From the human T2T-CHM13v2.0 reference genome, Homo sapiens: 64,000 bases of DNA. The position numbers and the translations under genes were made by a program. Below are positions 41,006 through 57,884 of the stretch, piece after piece; position 1 is the first letter of the stretch, and every line of letters begins with the position of its first letter. Under the pieces are notes generated by a model, which saw only the letters and a list, made by a program, of their open reading frames with translations, had not been told where the DNA came from and searched no databases. The stretch lies in NCBI RefSeq assembly GCF_009914755.1, contig NC_060928.1; one strand, written 5' to 3'.

Positions 41006-41495
41006 GTAGTCAGGGTTTTCCAGAGAAACAAACTCATAGGATATGTGTGTATTTCTGTCTCTATCTTTATCTCTATCATGTCTGTCTGTCCATCTATGTA
41101 TCTATGGAGGGGAGAGAGAGAGATTATTTTAAGGAATTGGCTTATGAGATTGTAGGGGCTGGCAAGTCCAAAATCTGTAGGGCAGGCCAGCAGGCTGGAG
41201 ACTTGGGGAGGAGTTGATGTTGCAGCTCAAGTCTGAAGGCAATCTAAAAGCAGAATTTCCTCTTCTTTGGGTGACCTCAGCCTTTTCTCTTAAGGCCTTC
41301 AACTGGATGAGGCTCACTCACATTATGGAAGGTCCTTTCTTTTTATTCACTTGTTCAAGTGCTTTACTCAGTTTACCATTTTAAATGTTAATCTCATCTA
41401 AAAAAATACTTTCATAGAAACATCCAGAATAATATTTGACCAAATATCTTGGTACCATGGCCTAGCCAAGTTGACATATAAAACTAACCCATCAC
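41006..41495. mobile_element. MLT2-type LTR
   Basis: tagtcagggttttccagagaaaca...taaggaattggcttatgagattgt...cctagccaagttgacatataaaactaacccatcaca. Confidence 0.82.
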
Positions 41496-42272
41496 AACTA
41501 GCATGTAAGCGCCATGAGGACAGCTTTCTTTACTGTAGGGCTTCTCCAGGCCTCTGTTTATGTATATTGTGACTCTCTGGCCAGAAAATAGAGTCTATAG
41601 TGTTTCCCAGTCCCATTTGATCCTGGAACCATTAGTTTGTGTACCTGTTATTCTTAGCTGAACAATTTGTACCATTCTTCTCTAAACCATAGAACTCCTA
41701 TAGGTTTACAGAACTCCTACCTATTCTTACAAACATCATCTTTTAGAAATATTTTTAGGTATGGCTTTCTAATTCTGGAAAATGATTGTACAAAGTAGTT
41801 GCACAAAATAGTTGCATCATAATTTGCAGAGCATAAATAATTAAGAACTGTACAACTACTTCTAAGATGAAACTGAGCATACTCCTTCCCCCATTTAATT
41901 TCTGGTAATTTATTTCTACTTCAGTGGAATAGAAATAAATAGGACTTGCATAGTTGGTGGGGTGGGAGTATTTTGTTTGTTCAAGAAAGTTCTGACCATA
42001 AATCAAGCCTTTCCTCTTTATTTGAGGCTTCTCTGAGTATGTATAAACTTTTTTATTTCCCATGTTTGCCACTGAAATTTTGAGATTTACCAAACAGAAT
42101 GGACTTTTAGAAGCCAAGCCAAGGTAATATGCATACAGATAGGAGACAAATGGAGAGGTTGGAAGGATAGTTATAAGATGTGGTATTTATCATGTCTCAT
42201 GCTGTAAAGAAAGAGGCTGTATGTATGTATACCATGTGATTTGGTTTAACCAGTGTCTTATTACTAATATAG

Positions 42273-42332
42273 GGAAATCCAAGAGATATTTTCATCTCCT
42301 GCTTGTCTAACTGGAAGTTTTTTAAGGAAAAG
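42273..42332 (+). CDS. HERC5: HERC5 exon 10 (EIQEIFSSPACLTGSFLRK)
   Basis: atAG acceptor, AG|GTaata donor, 60 nt phase 2/2; FSS.ACL.GSFL small-HERC motif. Confidence 0.92.
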
Positions 42333-42629
42333 GTAATATATGTAATAAATTAATTGTATTAAATTGTATTAAGAGTACCGTGAAAGAGGATAAAAAAATG
42401 ATTGGAGAGTAAAATAGCTGTGTGTTCATCCCTTTTTAAAAATTTTTTTTAACAAAAGTAAATATATGTTTGCTGTAGAAAATGTCAAAAATACACACAA
42501 TAAAAAGAAAGTGAAAATCTTCCATAATCCATCACTTAAGAGTAATAGCTAGCACTTACGTATATGATTATATTTTTTCATGCAAATGTATTCTTTTAAA
42601 AAAAATGAGATCATACTGGTTCTTTGTTT

Positions 42630-43300
42630 TTTTCTTTTTTTTTTTGAGACAGGGTCTTGCCCTGTCGTTGCCCATGCTTTAATGCAGTTCTGTGATCTTG
42701 GCTCATTGTAACCTCTGCCTCCTAGGCTCAAGCAGTCCTCCCACCTCAGCCTGAGTAGCTGGGGCTTCAGACACATGGCACTACACCCAGCTAATTTTTG
42801 TATTTTTTTGTAGAGCCAGAGTTTTACCATGTTGGCCAGGCTGGTCTCGAACTCCTGAGCTCAGGCAATCTACCAGCCTTGGCCTCCCCAAGTGCTGGGA
42901 TTTCAGGTGTAAGCCACCATGCCCAGCTGGATCATATTGTTTATACATTGTTTTCTACCTAATATTTGCCCATTTTACATTTTATTCTATCTTTTTTGGT
43001 AATTTTTTTTTTTTTGAGACAAGGTCTCACTCCATCACCCAGGCTGGAGTTACAGCATCTTGGTTCTTGGGCTCAAGCATCATCAAACTCTTGGGCTCAA
43101 GCAAAACTCCCACCTTAGCCTTCCACGTAGCTGGGACTACAGGCACGTGCCACCACCTCCTGCTAATTTTTTAGCTTTTGTAAAGACAGCAGCTTTGCTA
43201 TGTTGCCCAGGCTGGTCTTGAACTCCTGGCCTCAAGCAGTCCTCCCACCTCAGCCTCCTGGTGTTGGGATTATAGGTGTGAGCTACCGCACCCAGCCGGT
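42630..43300 (-). mobile_element. Two antisense Alus (42630-42929, 43005-43298)
   Basis: poly-T heads followed by Alu text. Confidence 0.85.
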
Positions 43301-43499
43301 AACATAATTTAATGGCTGCATGACCTTCCATTAGAAGGTCTTCCATGAGAAGATACTTAAACATTTCATTAATAACTTTATATTGAAGTACTAAGAAATT
43401 ATTGGTCAGAAGCCCTCTCTTTTGGTTCCCACTTTTCAGTCCATTTAACGGGAAGAAATGGATGTATTTTTTAGAAATGGGAAAAATGTTTATCTTTTT

Positions 43500-43670
43500 T
43501 CTGTCTTCCTTCCTTCCTTCCTGTGGTCAGTCCTTTCTTCCTTCCTTCCTTCCTTCGAAAAACCTTTATCTTTTTTCTATGGCCCGCCCTTCTTCCCTCC
43601 CTTCTTTCCTCCCTCCCTCCCTCCCTCCTTCCCTTCCTTCTTTCTTTTCTTTTTTTCTTTCTTTCTTTTT
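43500..43670. repeat. CT-rich simple repeat (expanded tail of an antisense Alu fragment)
   Basis: (CCTT)n/(CCCT)n/(TTTC)n runs. Confidence 0.85.
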
Positions 43671-44067
43671 CTGAGGCAGGATCTTGCTCTGTCACCCAGG
43701 CTGGAGTACAGTGGCATGTTCACAACTCACTGCAGCCTTGATCTCTCAAGCTCAAGCGATTATCCTGTCTCAGCCTCCCTCTGTGGCTATTTTTTTTAAA
43801 CTGGGAAATATTAATTTTTTTAATCTATTACAGATAAGACAGCATCTGAGTTAAAGTCTTATGGTATATACAGTTAAAGCAGCCTTGATATTTTTTGGTA
43901 TTTTAGAAAAAATCATGTTTACTACATTGCATTTGGATTTAGACAATTTATTATAGTTACACACTTGAGAAAAAAGGTAATTTTGTTGAAATGGGGCAAG
44001 CTCTAGAAGAAACTTTGCATCTAGGGAGATAATCTAACAAAATACTTAATTTATCTTTCTTCTACAG

Positions 44068-44161
44068 AAGAACTACAGAAATGATGCCTGTTTATTTGGA
44101 CTTAAATAAAGCAAGAAACATCTTCAAGGAGTTAACCCAAAAGGACTGGATTACTAACATG
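44068..44161 (+). CDS. HERC5: HERC5 exon 11 (RTTEMMPVYLDLNKARNIFKELTQKDWITNM)
   Basis: ctacAG acceptor, ATG|GTatct donor, 94 nt phase 2/0. Confidence 0.9.
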
Positions 44162-46927
44162 GTATCTTCAGATTGTTATGTGGAGAAAGAAAATACACCA
44201 GAATATTTCTTAAAAGAACTCAAAATTTCAGAAGAAATGTTTTGTGTTAAGGGATTCTCCGAGACCTTGTAGCATATTCAGATTAAGTTAAACTCAGATA
44301 ACATTTAGGAGTTTGCCCTTTTAGGGTGAAATAGTTGGCATAGTAGTCACACAGGTTACAGATATTCTAAATAGTGTGTCTGTACACAAACACACATACA
44401 CATATATGCATACACATTCGTAGAGGGAAGTTTTTCAACTCAGGGCTTTAGGAAGATGATTAAGGATTTGTTGAGATTGGTACACTAGAATAAGAACATT
44501 TTATATGCAAAGCATAAATGTAGAAATGAGAACATTTTTTCTGATATGAATATCCCTCTCACCAGGGACTGCCTGGATTCTTTTTTTTTTTTTTTTTCCA
44601 TTCTACTTTTCTGTAGATTCTAGAATGTTCTTGTTCCTTATGGGATGATTGTTTCCTGTTTCAGCACTGTTACTGCTATCTTTAGGTTTTCTTTTTGCAG
44701 GTGCTCCAAACATGCTTCCTTTATTTTTATTTTTATTTTTTTGGAAACGGAGTCTCGCTTTGTTGCCCAGGCTGGAGTCCAGTGGTGCGATCTCGGCTTA
44801 CTGCATGCTTCGTTTATTAATTTAGTTTTTCTTAATGTAGTTTTTATTATTTCCCTATTTTATTTTACTGGTTGATATGGGGATACTACTTTCTGTTCTA
44901 CTCTCCATTTTTTTCTCTCTGGGTCGCACTGTAGTTCCTTCTTTCTTTCTCTCTCCTTCCCTCCTCCCCTCCTTCCTCCCTCTAGCCTCACCCCATTTTT
45001 TAATCTCTCTCTGTGTTCATATCCCTCTTCTCTTTCCCTCTCAATCTTTGATCTCTCACCCTTCCTCCTTTCAGCTCCCGCACTTGCTCTGTTTGCCACA
45101 ACTAGCATTTTCTATTTCAGCTGCAAGTTTTCTCATTCGCTCCTTTCTTTCAAGGAAAGATGGAAAGTTCAGTTCTCTTAACTTTGGCAGAACCACAGCC
45201 CCACTGGGGGTCCGAGGTGAAATGGTTCCCTAATTATGTACCTTTATTGGGACCCTACAACACTTAGTGCTGCCTGTATCAACAACCCAGAAACTACTCA
45301 GTGGACTATTTCATCAACATTTGTTAGAGCTCATTTTCTTTTGTTTTCTAAAATCCTCCTGTGGGGGCCAGTTTAACTTTCTTTCTGTAAGATTCTGAGT
45401 CATTGCTACTAAATACAACCATGGAAAGATTACCAAAAATAGAAGCCCTTTTGTGCGTCTGTGAAGGGAAGGGATTGGATCAGTTCATCATTAAGGGCTC
45501 CTTCTGTTTACTAATTATACCTTGATTGTGCCACAAAAAGAACATATGGTATGTAAATGAAATAATCATAGGGCATCCTTGACCTCCATTGTTTCAGAAT
45601 AAGATGATTGGATTAGAAGACCTGTAATGTTTCTTTCTATCTTGAGGTTCTGCGATACGGACTCTCAGACCTTTGGCATGTGTTCATTTATTCAGCAAAC
45701 ATTTGAATACTTGCTGTGTGCTGGGCACTGTAATGATGACTCGATGAAGAATAAAAGAGACATACTCCCTGTGCTTTAGAAGCTCATGGTGTAGTAAGGG
45801 AGACAGATACATACATGCATACATCAGTGCAAAGACCTGGTGTGTTTTACACTTCACTGTCTTCGCTAGTGCCTGGCTTAGAATGTAGCCTGTGTGCAAT
45901 ATTTTTGGATGAATTGAGTCATTATTAGGGCAGTGAATGGTTAGCTCTTTTTACTCAAAACAAGTTGCCCAGAGGAATTAAGATCTTACCAGGTGCTCAC
46001 GTGGAAGGATATTCGAGGCAGCTAGAAAAGCGTATGCCAAAGCACAGTGTGTCAGACAATAGGACTGGCTCGAGGGTATCACAGTAATTCTAAGGGTTTG
46101 GAATAGGTGAGGAGGCTTGAGGTTGTGTCTGATGATGAGCAAGGAGGTAGAATGCGTGTGTACTAATAAGATGTTGAAATAGAGTTGTCAGGTATACGTA
46201 ACTCCAAAGACCGAATCTCATCGTAGGAGTCCAATATAATGTTTTAATATAAAAATAGGTAATTATAACAATTCGTACATTTACAGATATCACTTAGCCA
46301 CTATCTCATAATATAATGATTAAGAATTTGGGCTTTGGAGTCAGAAAGATCCAGAGAAATTCCCACTTAGCTGTGTGACCTTGAGCAAGTTACTTAATTT
46401 CTCTGAATCACAGATTTCTCATCAGTAAAATGGGATTAATAACATCTGTGTTAGGGAGAAACTATAATAAGGGTTAAATGACCTAATTAATATATGTACA
46501 TCACTTAGCACAATAATTGACAAGTAATAAGTATTCCATAAATACTAGCTTATCTTCATAGTGGGATTTTAAACAAATGATTACTGTGATCTAAGCACAC
46601 ATAACAAAAATTCAGAATTCCATTCCATTTTTTCCTAAACAGTTGCATTCTGAATTGGGGAAACTATAAGGAAATTGGAGGGGCTAGAAACTAGAGTCTG
46701 TGGTAGAGACAGTTGCTCTTATGGAAGATAATGAGAATTATGTTAAATTTTGTTCTTGAAATTTTCGGATTTTGTCTTTTTTTTTTTTTTTTGCTTTGTT
46801 TTGTTTTTCTGCTTTTTGGAGTTCTGATGCATTTTTACTCTTGAAAAAAGAAACCCACGGTGTGATAGTGTAAACCAGAGGGTAGAATATGGTACTTATG
46901 ACTGAGAAGGCTGTTTATTAGTTCTGA

Positions 46928-47245
<318 letters not shown>

Positions 47246-47499
47246 TTAGGTGTGCTTGATCTCCTTCATGCACCCTGATAATTGAATGGAGAGAATACTA
47301 ATTGTATATCCCAAATACCTCCAATATTTTGGAGGCTAGGTGAGAAGGGATGTAAACAGGGGTTTTAGAAAACTCAATGATTATTCTCATTTAGTAGTAG
47401 AATGACATTCCAGCCTCTACACCTTGTTTTATTACCATCAGTTGCACCCTGCTTCTACTGAGTTTTGAATCCCTTTTCCCTGTTCCTTTCTGACCACAG

Positions 47500-47689
47500 A
47501 TAACCACCTGCCTCAAAGATAATCTGCTCAAAAGACTTCCATTTCATTCTCCACCCCAAGAAGCTTTAGAAATTTTCTTCCTTCTCCCAGAATGTCCTGT
47601 GATGCATATTTCCAACAACTGGGAGAGCCTTGTGGTTCCATTTGCAAAGGTTGTTTGTAAAATGAGTGACCAGTCTTCACTGGTTCTGG
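47500..47689 (+). CDS. HERC5: HERC5 exon 12 (ITTCLKDNLLKRLPFHSPPQEALEIFFLLPECPVMH...SLVL)
   Basis: cacAG acceptor, G|GTaagt donor, 190 nt phase 0/1. Confidence 0.94.
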
Positions 47690-48297
47690 GTAAGTTTGAT
47701 CATTTGAAGATACTTTACCTGTCTTCTCAGTGGAAAGACATGTCTAGTAAAGTTATGGCAAAACTAAGATACTTAGAAATGTATTCATTTTTTTTTAGTT
47801 CGTATTGTTAGCATACTCTAAAGGTACTATAACAATTACCATGGTCATCTAAAATAGATTATTCTAATACTTTTTTAGATTCCTTGGATACACACATGGC
47901 TTTGTCATGATTTCCTTAGTTTCCAACTTTTCACTATGAAAAATTTCACAGAGAAGTTGAAAGAATAGTATGGTATACCATATGCAATAAATGGTACACC
48001 TTGCTGGAGTGCAGTGGTACAGTCATAGCTCACTGTAATCTTAAACCCCTGGGCTCAAGTGATGAGGATGCTAAGTTCTAAACTTGTAATAGTAATTGTA
48101 TTTATTCACTGAAAAGTTTATTACAATTGTGCTTTTGTAATTATGGTATTAGAGTCAGCAATAATAAGTATGTTGTCATTTGTGCTTTCTGTTTATGTAC
48201 AGATTACATTTTATTTTTACTGAACTATTTGAAAATAAGTTGAAGACATGAGATTTCACTCATAATATTTCACCATTCATCTAAGAACATGGAATCT

Positions 48298-48590
48298 GGC
48301 CGGGCACGGTGGCTCATGCCTGTAATCTCAGCACTTTGGGAGGCTGAGGCAGGCAGATCACCTGAGGTCAGGAGTTCAAGACTAGCCTGGCCAACATGAC
48401 AAAACCCTGACTCTACTAAAAATACAAAAATTAACTGGACTTGGTGGTGCATGCCTGTAATCCCAGCTACTCGGGAGGCTGAGGCAGGAGAATCGCTTGA
48501 CCTGAGAGGCAGAGGTTGCATTGAGCCAAGATCACGCCATTGCACTCCAGCCTGGGCGACAGAGTGAGACTCCGTCCCAAAAAAAAAAGA
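48298..48590 (+). mobile_element. AluS
   Basis: TSD aagaacatggaatc. Confidence 0.9.
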
Positions 48591-48877
48591 ACATGGAATC
48601 CTGTATTACCCTGGCATCATTATCATATCTAAGAAAATTAATCATAATTTTATAATATTATCCAATATCTAGGTCATTCAAATTTCTCTTCTTTTCCCAA
48701 AAAAAGTAAAAAGTATTTATAGCTTTTTTTTTTTTTTTTAAGAATCTCATTTGAGGCCAGGAGTTTGAGGCCAGCCTGGCCAACATGGTGAAACTTCATC
48801 TCTACTAAAAATATAATCAGTCAATAGATAGATAGATAGATAGTGAAACCCCATCTCTACTAAAAATACAATCAATC

Positions 48878-49298
48878 AAAAGAAAGGAAGGAAGGGAGGG
48901 GAGGGGAGAGGAGGAAGGGGGAGGGGAGGGAAGGGGAAGGGAAGGGGAAGGGGGAGGGGAGGGGGAGGGGAGGGAAGGGGAAGGGAGGGGGAGGGGGGAG
49001 AGAAAGAGAAGGGGAGGGGAAGGGAAAGGGAAGGTGAAGGGAAGGGAACTGAAAGGAAAGGGGAGGGGAAGGGGAAGGTGAAGGGAAGGGAAAGGGAGGG
49101 GGAGGGGAAGGTGAAGGGAAGGGAACGGAAAGGAAGGGGGAGGGGAAGGAGAAGGTGAAGGGAAGGGAACGGAAAGGAAGGGGGAGGGGGAGGGGAAGGG
49201 GAAGTGGGGGAGGGGAAGGGGAAGGGAGGGGAGGGGATGGGAAGGGAAGGAGGAGGGAGGGAGGGAGGGAAGGAAGGAATGAAGGAGGAAGGAAGGAT
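48878..49298 (+). repeat. ~420-bp polypurine (GGA/GGGA/GGAA) tract
   Basis: almost pure G/A with a repeated gaaggtgaagggaagggaa unit. Confidence 0.95.
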
Positions 49299-50244
49299 GA
49301 ATTCTGGTCAGTTGTCTTGTAGACTGTCCCACATCCAGATAGTCTGACCGTTTCCTATCCCTGTATTTCCAGTACACCGCAAGTAAGTTCTAGGGGCATG
49401 AATAGAGTTTAATGGGATTTTTGACATACATAGCATATTCAGCTCAAGGAAATCCATTCTTTATGTTTTATTAAATCTGGATAACATGATAAGTGATGAA
49501 AAGCTACTTTAAAATGGTTTTTGTTTTTTAAAATGCTGAAATATGTTTTCTGTAAGAGTTAAACACCTCAGACTGGAAGCACAAAAAGAAAGTTGTGCAT
49601 TCACGAACGATTTTTAATTTAATTTTTAACACATTATACTATTTCATCTGCACAAAGAATGTGATTAATTTTGCTCATATTTTTTCACAAATTAATTACA
49701 TCAAGTTTGTAGTTGTATTAACTGTAAAGGAACTTTTCCAGGATGTTAAATTATTAGTAGTATTTTTTAATAGAGACAGGACCTCACTGTCACCTAGCTG
49801 GAGTACAGTGGTACAATTGTAGCTCACTGTAATCTTTGAACTCCTGGGCTTAAGCAACCAGAAAGTTAAATTCTAAACTTGTAATAGTAATTGTATTTAT
49901 TCAGTGAAAAATTTATTACAAGTGTGCTTTTGTAATTATAATATATACTAAAATATTTTGTTATGTGTATCAAAAAATTTTGGCTACTTTTTACCTTCAA
50001 CAATCTAAGTAAAATTACGTGATAATTATATTTACCTTCCTTGTGAAGGTCAAATATGCAGAGATAGATAATAAAATAGTGGTTACTAGTGGATGGGGGT
50101 GGAAAGGAAATGTGGAGATGTAGGTCAAAGGACACAAAGAAGCAGATGTGTAGGATCAACAAGTTTAGAGATCTACTAGATAAGACAACAGGAGGACTGT
50201 AGTTAATAACATATCGTATTAGGGATTTTATTGTTGTTAAATAA

Positions 50245-50973
<729 letters not shown>

Positions 50974-51011
50974 TCATTTTTTAAAAAATTTGCTTTCCTT
51001 GTGTTCCTCAG

Positions 51012-51166
51012 AAGAGTATTGGGCAACTCTGCAAGAATCCACTTTCAGCAAACTGGTCCAGATGTTTAAAACAGCCGTCATATGCCAGTTGGATTACTGG
51101 GATGAAAGTGCTGAGGAGAATGGTAATGTTCAAGCTCTCCTAGAAATGTTGAAGAAGCTGCACAGG
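51012..51166 (+). CDS. HERC5: HERC5 exon 13 (EYWATLQESTFSKLVQMFK...LEMLKKLHR)
   Basis: ctcAG acceptor, AGG|GTaaga donor, 155 nt phase 1/0. Confidence 0.94.
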
Positions 51167-51441
51167 GTAAGAGTTCCTTTAGAAACCTCTGTGTTTTTAT
51201 CTAGCTGTAAAAATTCCCTTCCTTTCAGCTGGCTTGAATCTTTAAGTAGACTCGTGTGAGACATACGAAGTTTATATTGCTATTTTTTTAATTTTTTTTT
51301 AAAATTACATACATATAAAGGAATATATATATAATACCTATTTAGAATTCAAGGAAAAATAATAAAATAAACATTAGTGTCCTTACCACCCATGTTAAAA
51401 AAATAAAACATTTCCAGTACTTTAGAAATACCTGTGTGCTG

Positions 51442-51812
<371 letters not shown>

Positions 51813-52652
51813 TCATGATCTTGGATTTCGGGATAATCATTCCCTTGCTCTTACTATTTTAGAACTATATGTATGTATTTCTAGACACTATGATGTTTAA
51901 TTTTGCTATTTTCAAAATTTATGTGAATGGAATACTGCTTCTTACACTCAATGTTTTATAGATTCATCCAGATTAATGCTTATGGCTGTATTTCATTCAT
52001 TTTCACTCTGCAGTATAGTTCATTGTATGAATATACCATACTTAGCTTATCCATTCCAATATTGACAGATATATATGCTGTTTGCAATTCTTGTGTGTGT
52101 TTTTTTTTTTTTGTCTTGTTGGGAGTTCCTCTATGAGAAAACATGCTGCTATAAACATTTTTGTTCATATCTCTTGGTTTTCTTGTATCAAGGATTGGTT
52201 CTGGGTTTCATACCTAATTCTAGAATTGATAAGCTACGGATATGTGTGTGTTGTTCTTTACTGGTAGTGACAAACTTCTAAAGCAGTTGGACCAATTTAA
52301 ATTCTCTCCAGATGATGAGAATTCCCATTGCTCCATGTCTGACTTTAACATTTTGAAAATATTTTTGATAGGAAATGATACCAAATTATGGTTTTAATTG
52401 TATTTCCCTGGTTCAAATGCACTAGAGCATATTTTCATGTTTGTAATTGCAATATTTGTTTCCCCTTCTGTGAAATGCCTGTCCTTGACTTTTGTTCATT
52501 TAAATGATGTTTGACTTTTTCTTACTGATTATAGAATTCTTTTATTTTGGACACTACTCTTTTGTCAATGATATGTGTTGCAAATACTGTATCCTAGTCT
52601 TTTGCTTTATGGTATTTTTTGACAAACACATTCTTAATTTTATTGTAGATAA

Positions 52653-53008
<356 letters not shown>

Positions 53009-53262
53009 AATATTTGACTTTTTCTTAGTGCTTACAAGAATTCTTTCTATTTTGGATACTACTCCTTTGTCAATGATATGTGTTGCAAATATTTTATCCC
53101 AGTTATAGCTTGTCTTTTGCTTTTATGGTGTTTTTTGACAAACTCACATTCTTAATTTTAATGTAGATAAATTTGTCTGTCCGTTTCTTTATATAATTTT
53201 ACTCCTTGTGTCTTGTTTTAAACTTTTTTTCTCCCATAAAGGTTTTAAATTATTACCCTAAA

Positions 53263-53478
53263 TCAGGGGTCGGCAGCTTTTTTCTGGAAAGGACCAGATA
53301 GTAAATATTTTAGGCTTTATGAGGCATGTGGTTTCTGTCACAACTGCAGCTATTCAGTTGTTCAGGAGTAGCATGAAAGCAGCCACAGGCAATACAAAAA
53401 TGAATGGTCATGGCTATGTTCCAATAAGACTATAAAAATAACAGAGGGCTAGATTAGGTCTGCAAAACTGCCCTAGAT
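53263..53478. mobile_element. MER58-like DNA transposon
   Basis: caggggtcggca...ccagatagtaaatattttaggcttt...ggctatgttccaataa. Confidence 0.8.
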
Positions 53479-53682
53479 AGTATTCTAAGAGGACAATAGC
53501 CAAGGCCAGAGGAAGAGTACAAATGGAGGCCTAAAAAGGTTAAAAACCTATCTAACAAACTGTTAAAATAAAATATACTGTCCTCCTCTTTTGACAAATA
53601 AACCTTCATAATGACAGGGAGGGCCAGGTTTGAATTTAGAAATCTCAGTCTTCTTAAAATTCTACATTGAAAAATGGTGGCT

Positions 53683-55485
<1,803 letters not shown>

Positions 55486-57770
55486 TTCTATTAGGTTTTT
55501 GAAAATAACCTTTGTAGGTTAAGGATATTTCCCTCCTTTTAGAAATTGTTCCACATTTTAAATCTAAATGAATATTGACTCTCTTTTTTGAAATTCCAGT
55601 TATTGACATGTTAGACTTTTTCAGTCTATTTGGCATGTCCCTTAAGCTTTCTGTCATATTTTCCGTCTCATTGTCTCTCTGTACCCCATTCTGGATGGTA
55701 TTTCTTCAGCCCTATCTTCCAGTTCATGAATTCTCTTTTCAGATATTTTGGTTGCTATTAATACTACCTTTTAAGTTTTTATTTCAAGTAGTAATGTTTT
55801 TCATTTCTAGATACTCGAATTTGTTCTTTAAATTTAGTTTCTTGCTCATTATTTATAATTTCTTCATTCTTTTCACATTTTCCTTTTATTTATCTGAATA
55901 TATATGCCTTATAACTCAGGTATCTGAAGTCTTTGCAGGTCAGTTTCTGCTAATCTTCCTCCTGATGTCTTTATGCTCATGTATGTTGTGATTTGTGTAT
56001 GTGTGAGAGCTGTCTGTTTTCCTTGGAACTTTATCTTTTGGAATTACTTGAGGGCTGGCTTTCTTCGCAGAGAATTTTCTTCTGCCAGGCTCCTAGAGAT
56101 ACCACCAGTTTGGTAGTACTTTACATTTTTGGCTTGAAGCTTTTTAGAATTTGGTGGCAAAGTTGAAGGAGAGCTCTTTTGTAATTACAGATCCTATAGG
56201 GGATAATTTTTCCCCAACTCAGCACCATTTGAACTTGGAACAGTTTGCCTTGTGGTCCTGGGGTCAAGGTGGAGGTGGAGTGATTGATATGGCAGTGGAG
56301 GAAAGAGCTTATTCATTTCTAGTTCATCCTTACCTGATGGTTTAACCCTTTTCGGTCTCAGACTTGTGGGGATAACTTCTCCTATGGACTCCCTAATTTG
56401 AACAGTCTAGGCTTTGCCTCCTTTCCCCAAAGCCCCAACCATTGAAAATTGAAGTTTACATTCACCAGGTTGGGCAGATGCTCTCAAGGCAAATGCCACT
56501 TTCATTTAAGTTTTTGACCTGATTATTCCATATCTACCTAAAAAATCAGTAATGCCTTTAAACATGTTTGTTACAGCTTTTCCTGTATTTCTAGGTGTTT
56601 TCAGTGGATCAGGGTACCTAATATATCATACTGCTGAAGAAAAAAATCTGCCATACTATTGAAAAACAATGGCTATTTTCAACAATTTTTAAAGGTTTTT
56701 TTTTTTTACAAAAGGGAAAGGTTAATGAAAAATAATTTGTGTTTTGAAAAAATGAGAAATTTATTGAAGAGCTCTGGGAAGGTATATTCTAACAAGCTTT
56801 TGCCACTTACAAGGAGAATCACAAGAAATACTGAAGCAGCAACAAAAGAAATCTTCAGGGGATCCCGCTTTGTCCTTTGACCGTAATAGATAATATCAGA
56901 ATATTTTATATTTGTCAGGCTCCCCACCTCAGCAGGAGGCCACCAGGAACCATGAAGATGAAGTACCCACTTTCTCTGTGACTCTGGAGATCTTAAGGCT
57001 AATAATGATAAATGTAAGGCCAAGATCATCAGATCCAGAGGGCCATAGTTACAGGGTGAAACAGTCTCACCAGACTTTGGGTGGTAGTACTGGGAGGCCT
57101 GGAATATTTGAGGCCTGGACGAGAGTCAATAAGAACATTCTAGACACATGGTTTCAGTGCATATAGCCAAGATGAGTTTTTAGAAGACCACCTGAGAGTA
57201 ATTTATTTCAGGATAACGCCCATCCAAGTCAAATACTAACAGTCACTAATGTCTGAAGTGTCTAGTGTCATTATTATTCATTGTCTTCACGACATGCCAG
57301 GGTGTTCATGTGTCTGTCATAATAACCCTGATCATATCATATGGGATGGAGGGTTGGAAAATTTCCTCTCGGTAGGGGAATGTTCCACAAATGCCTCAGC
57401 AGAGTGAATGTCTATAAGTGGTATATTATTAAGTCCTAAAGACTAAGACATGAAGAACTGGACCCCAGAGTACTTTGGGATATTGCATTGTTTTTTTTTT
57501 TCTTCCTATTGAAAGTTCTTTAAAAATTTCCTATGAATTAAAAATAACTAGAGGTTTATCATTACATCATCAATCTCTACTCTTAAATCTTAGATATTCT
57601 TTATGTTCATGAAAATTTGGGGCTCTGGCAGTGGAGGAATTGGATAGAATTTTATTCTGGTCATTATAAGAGTGTTTCATTTATAATTTAATCTGATAAT
57701 CTAATTAACAGCTATTAAGCAAAATTGTCTTTAAATATAAAACTTTTTCACAAGTCATATTTTATTTAAG

Positions 57771-57884
57771 GTAAACCAGGTGAAATGTCAACTACCTGAA
57801 AGTATTTTCCAAGTAGACGAACTCTTGCACCGTCTCAATTTTTTTGTAGAAGTATGCAGAAGGTACTTGTGGAAAATGACTGTG
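57771..57884 (+). CDS. HERC5: HERC5 exon 14 (VNQVKCQLPESIFQVDELLHRLNFFVEVCRRYLWKMTV)
   Basis: tttaAG acceptor, GTG|GTaggt donor, 114 nt phase 0/0; LHR|VN continuity. Confidence 0.88.

Noticed and set aside
48817-49377. 186-aa Pro/Ser/Leu-rich minus-strand ORF
   Set aside because: Translation of the polypurine tract.
55575-55991. 138-aa hydrophobic ORF
   Set aside because: T-rich antisense old L1-like sequence gives F/L-rich frames by composition; non-ATG start.
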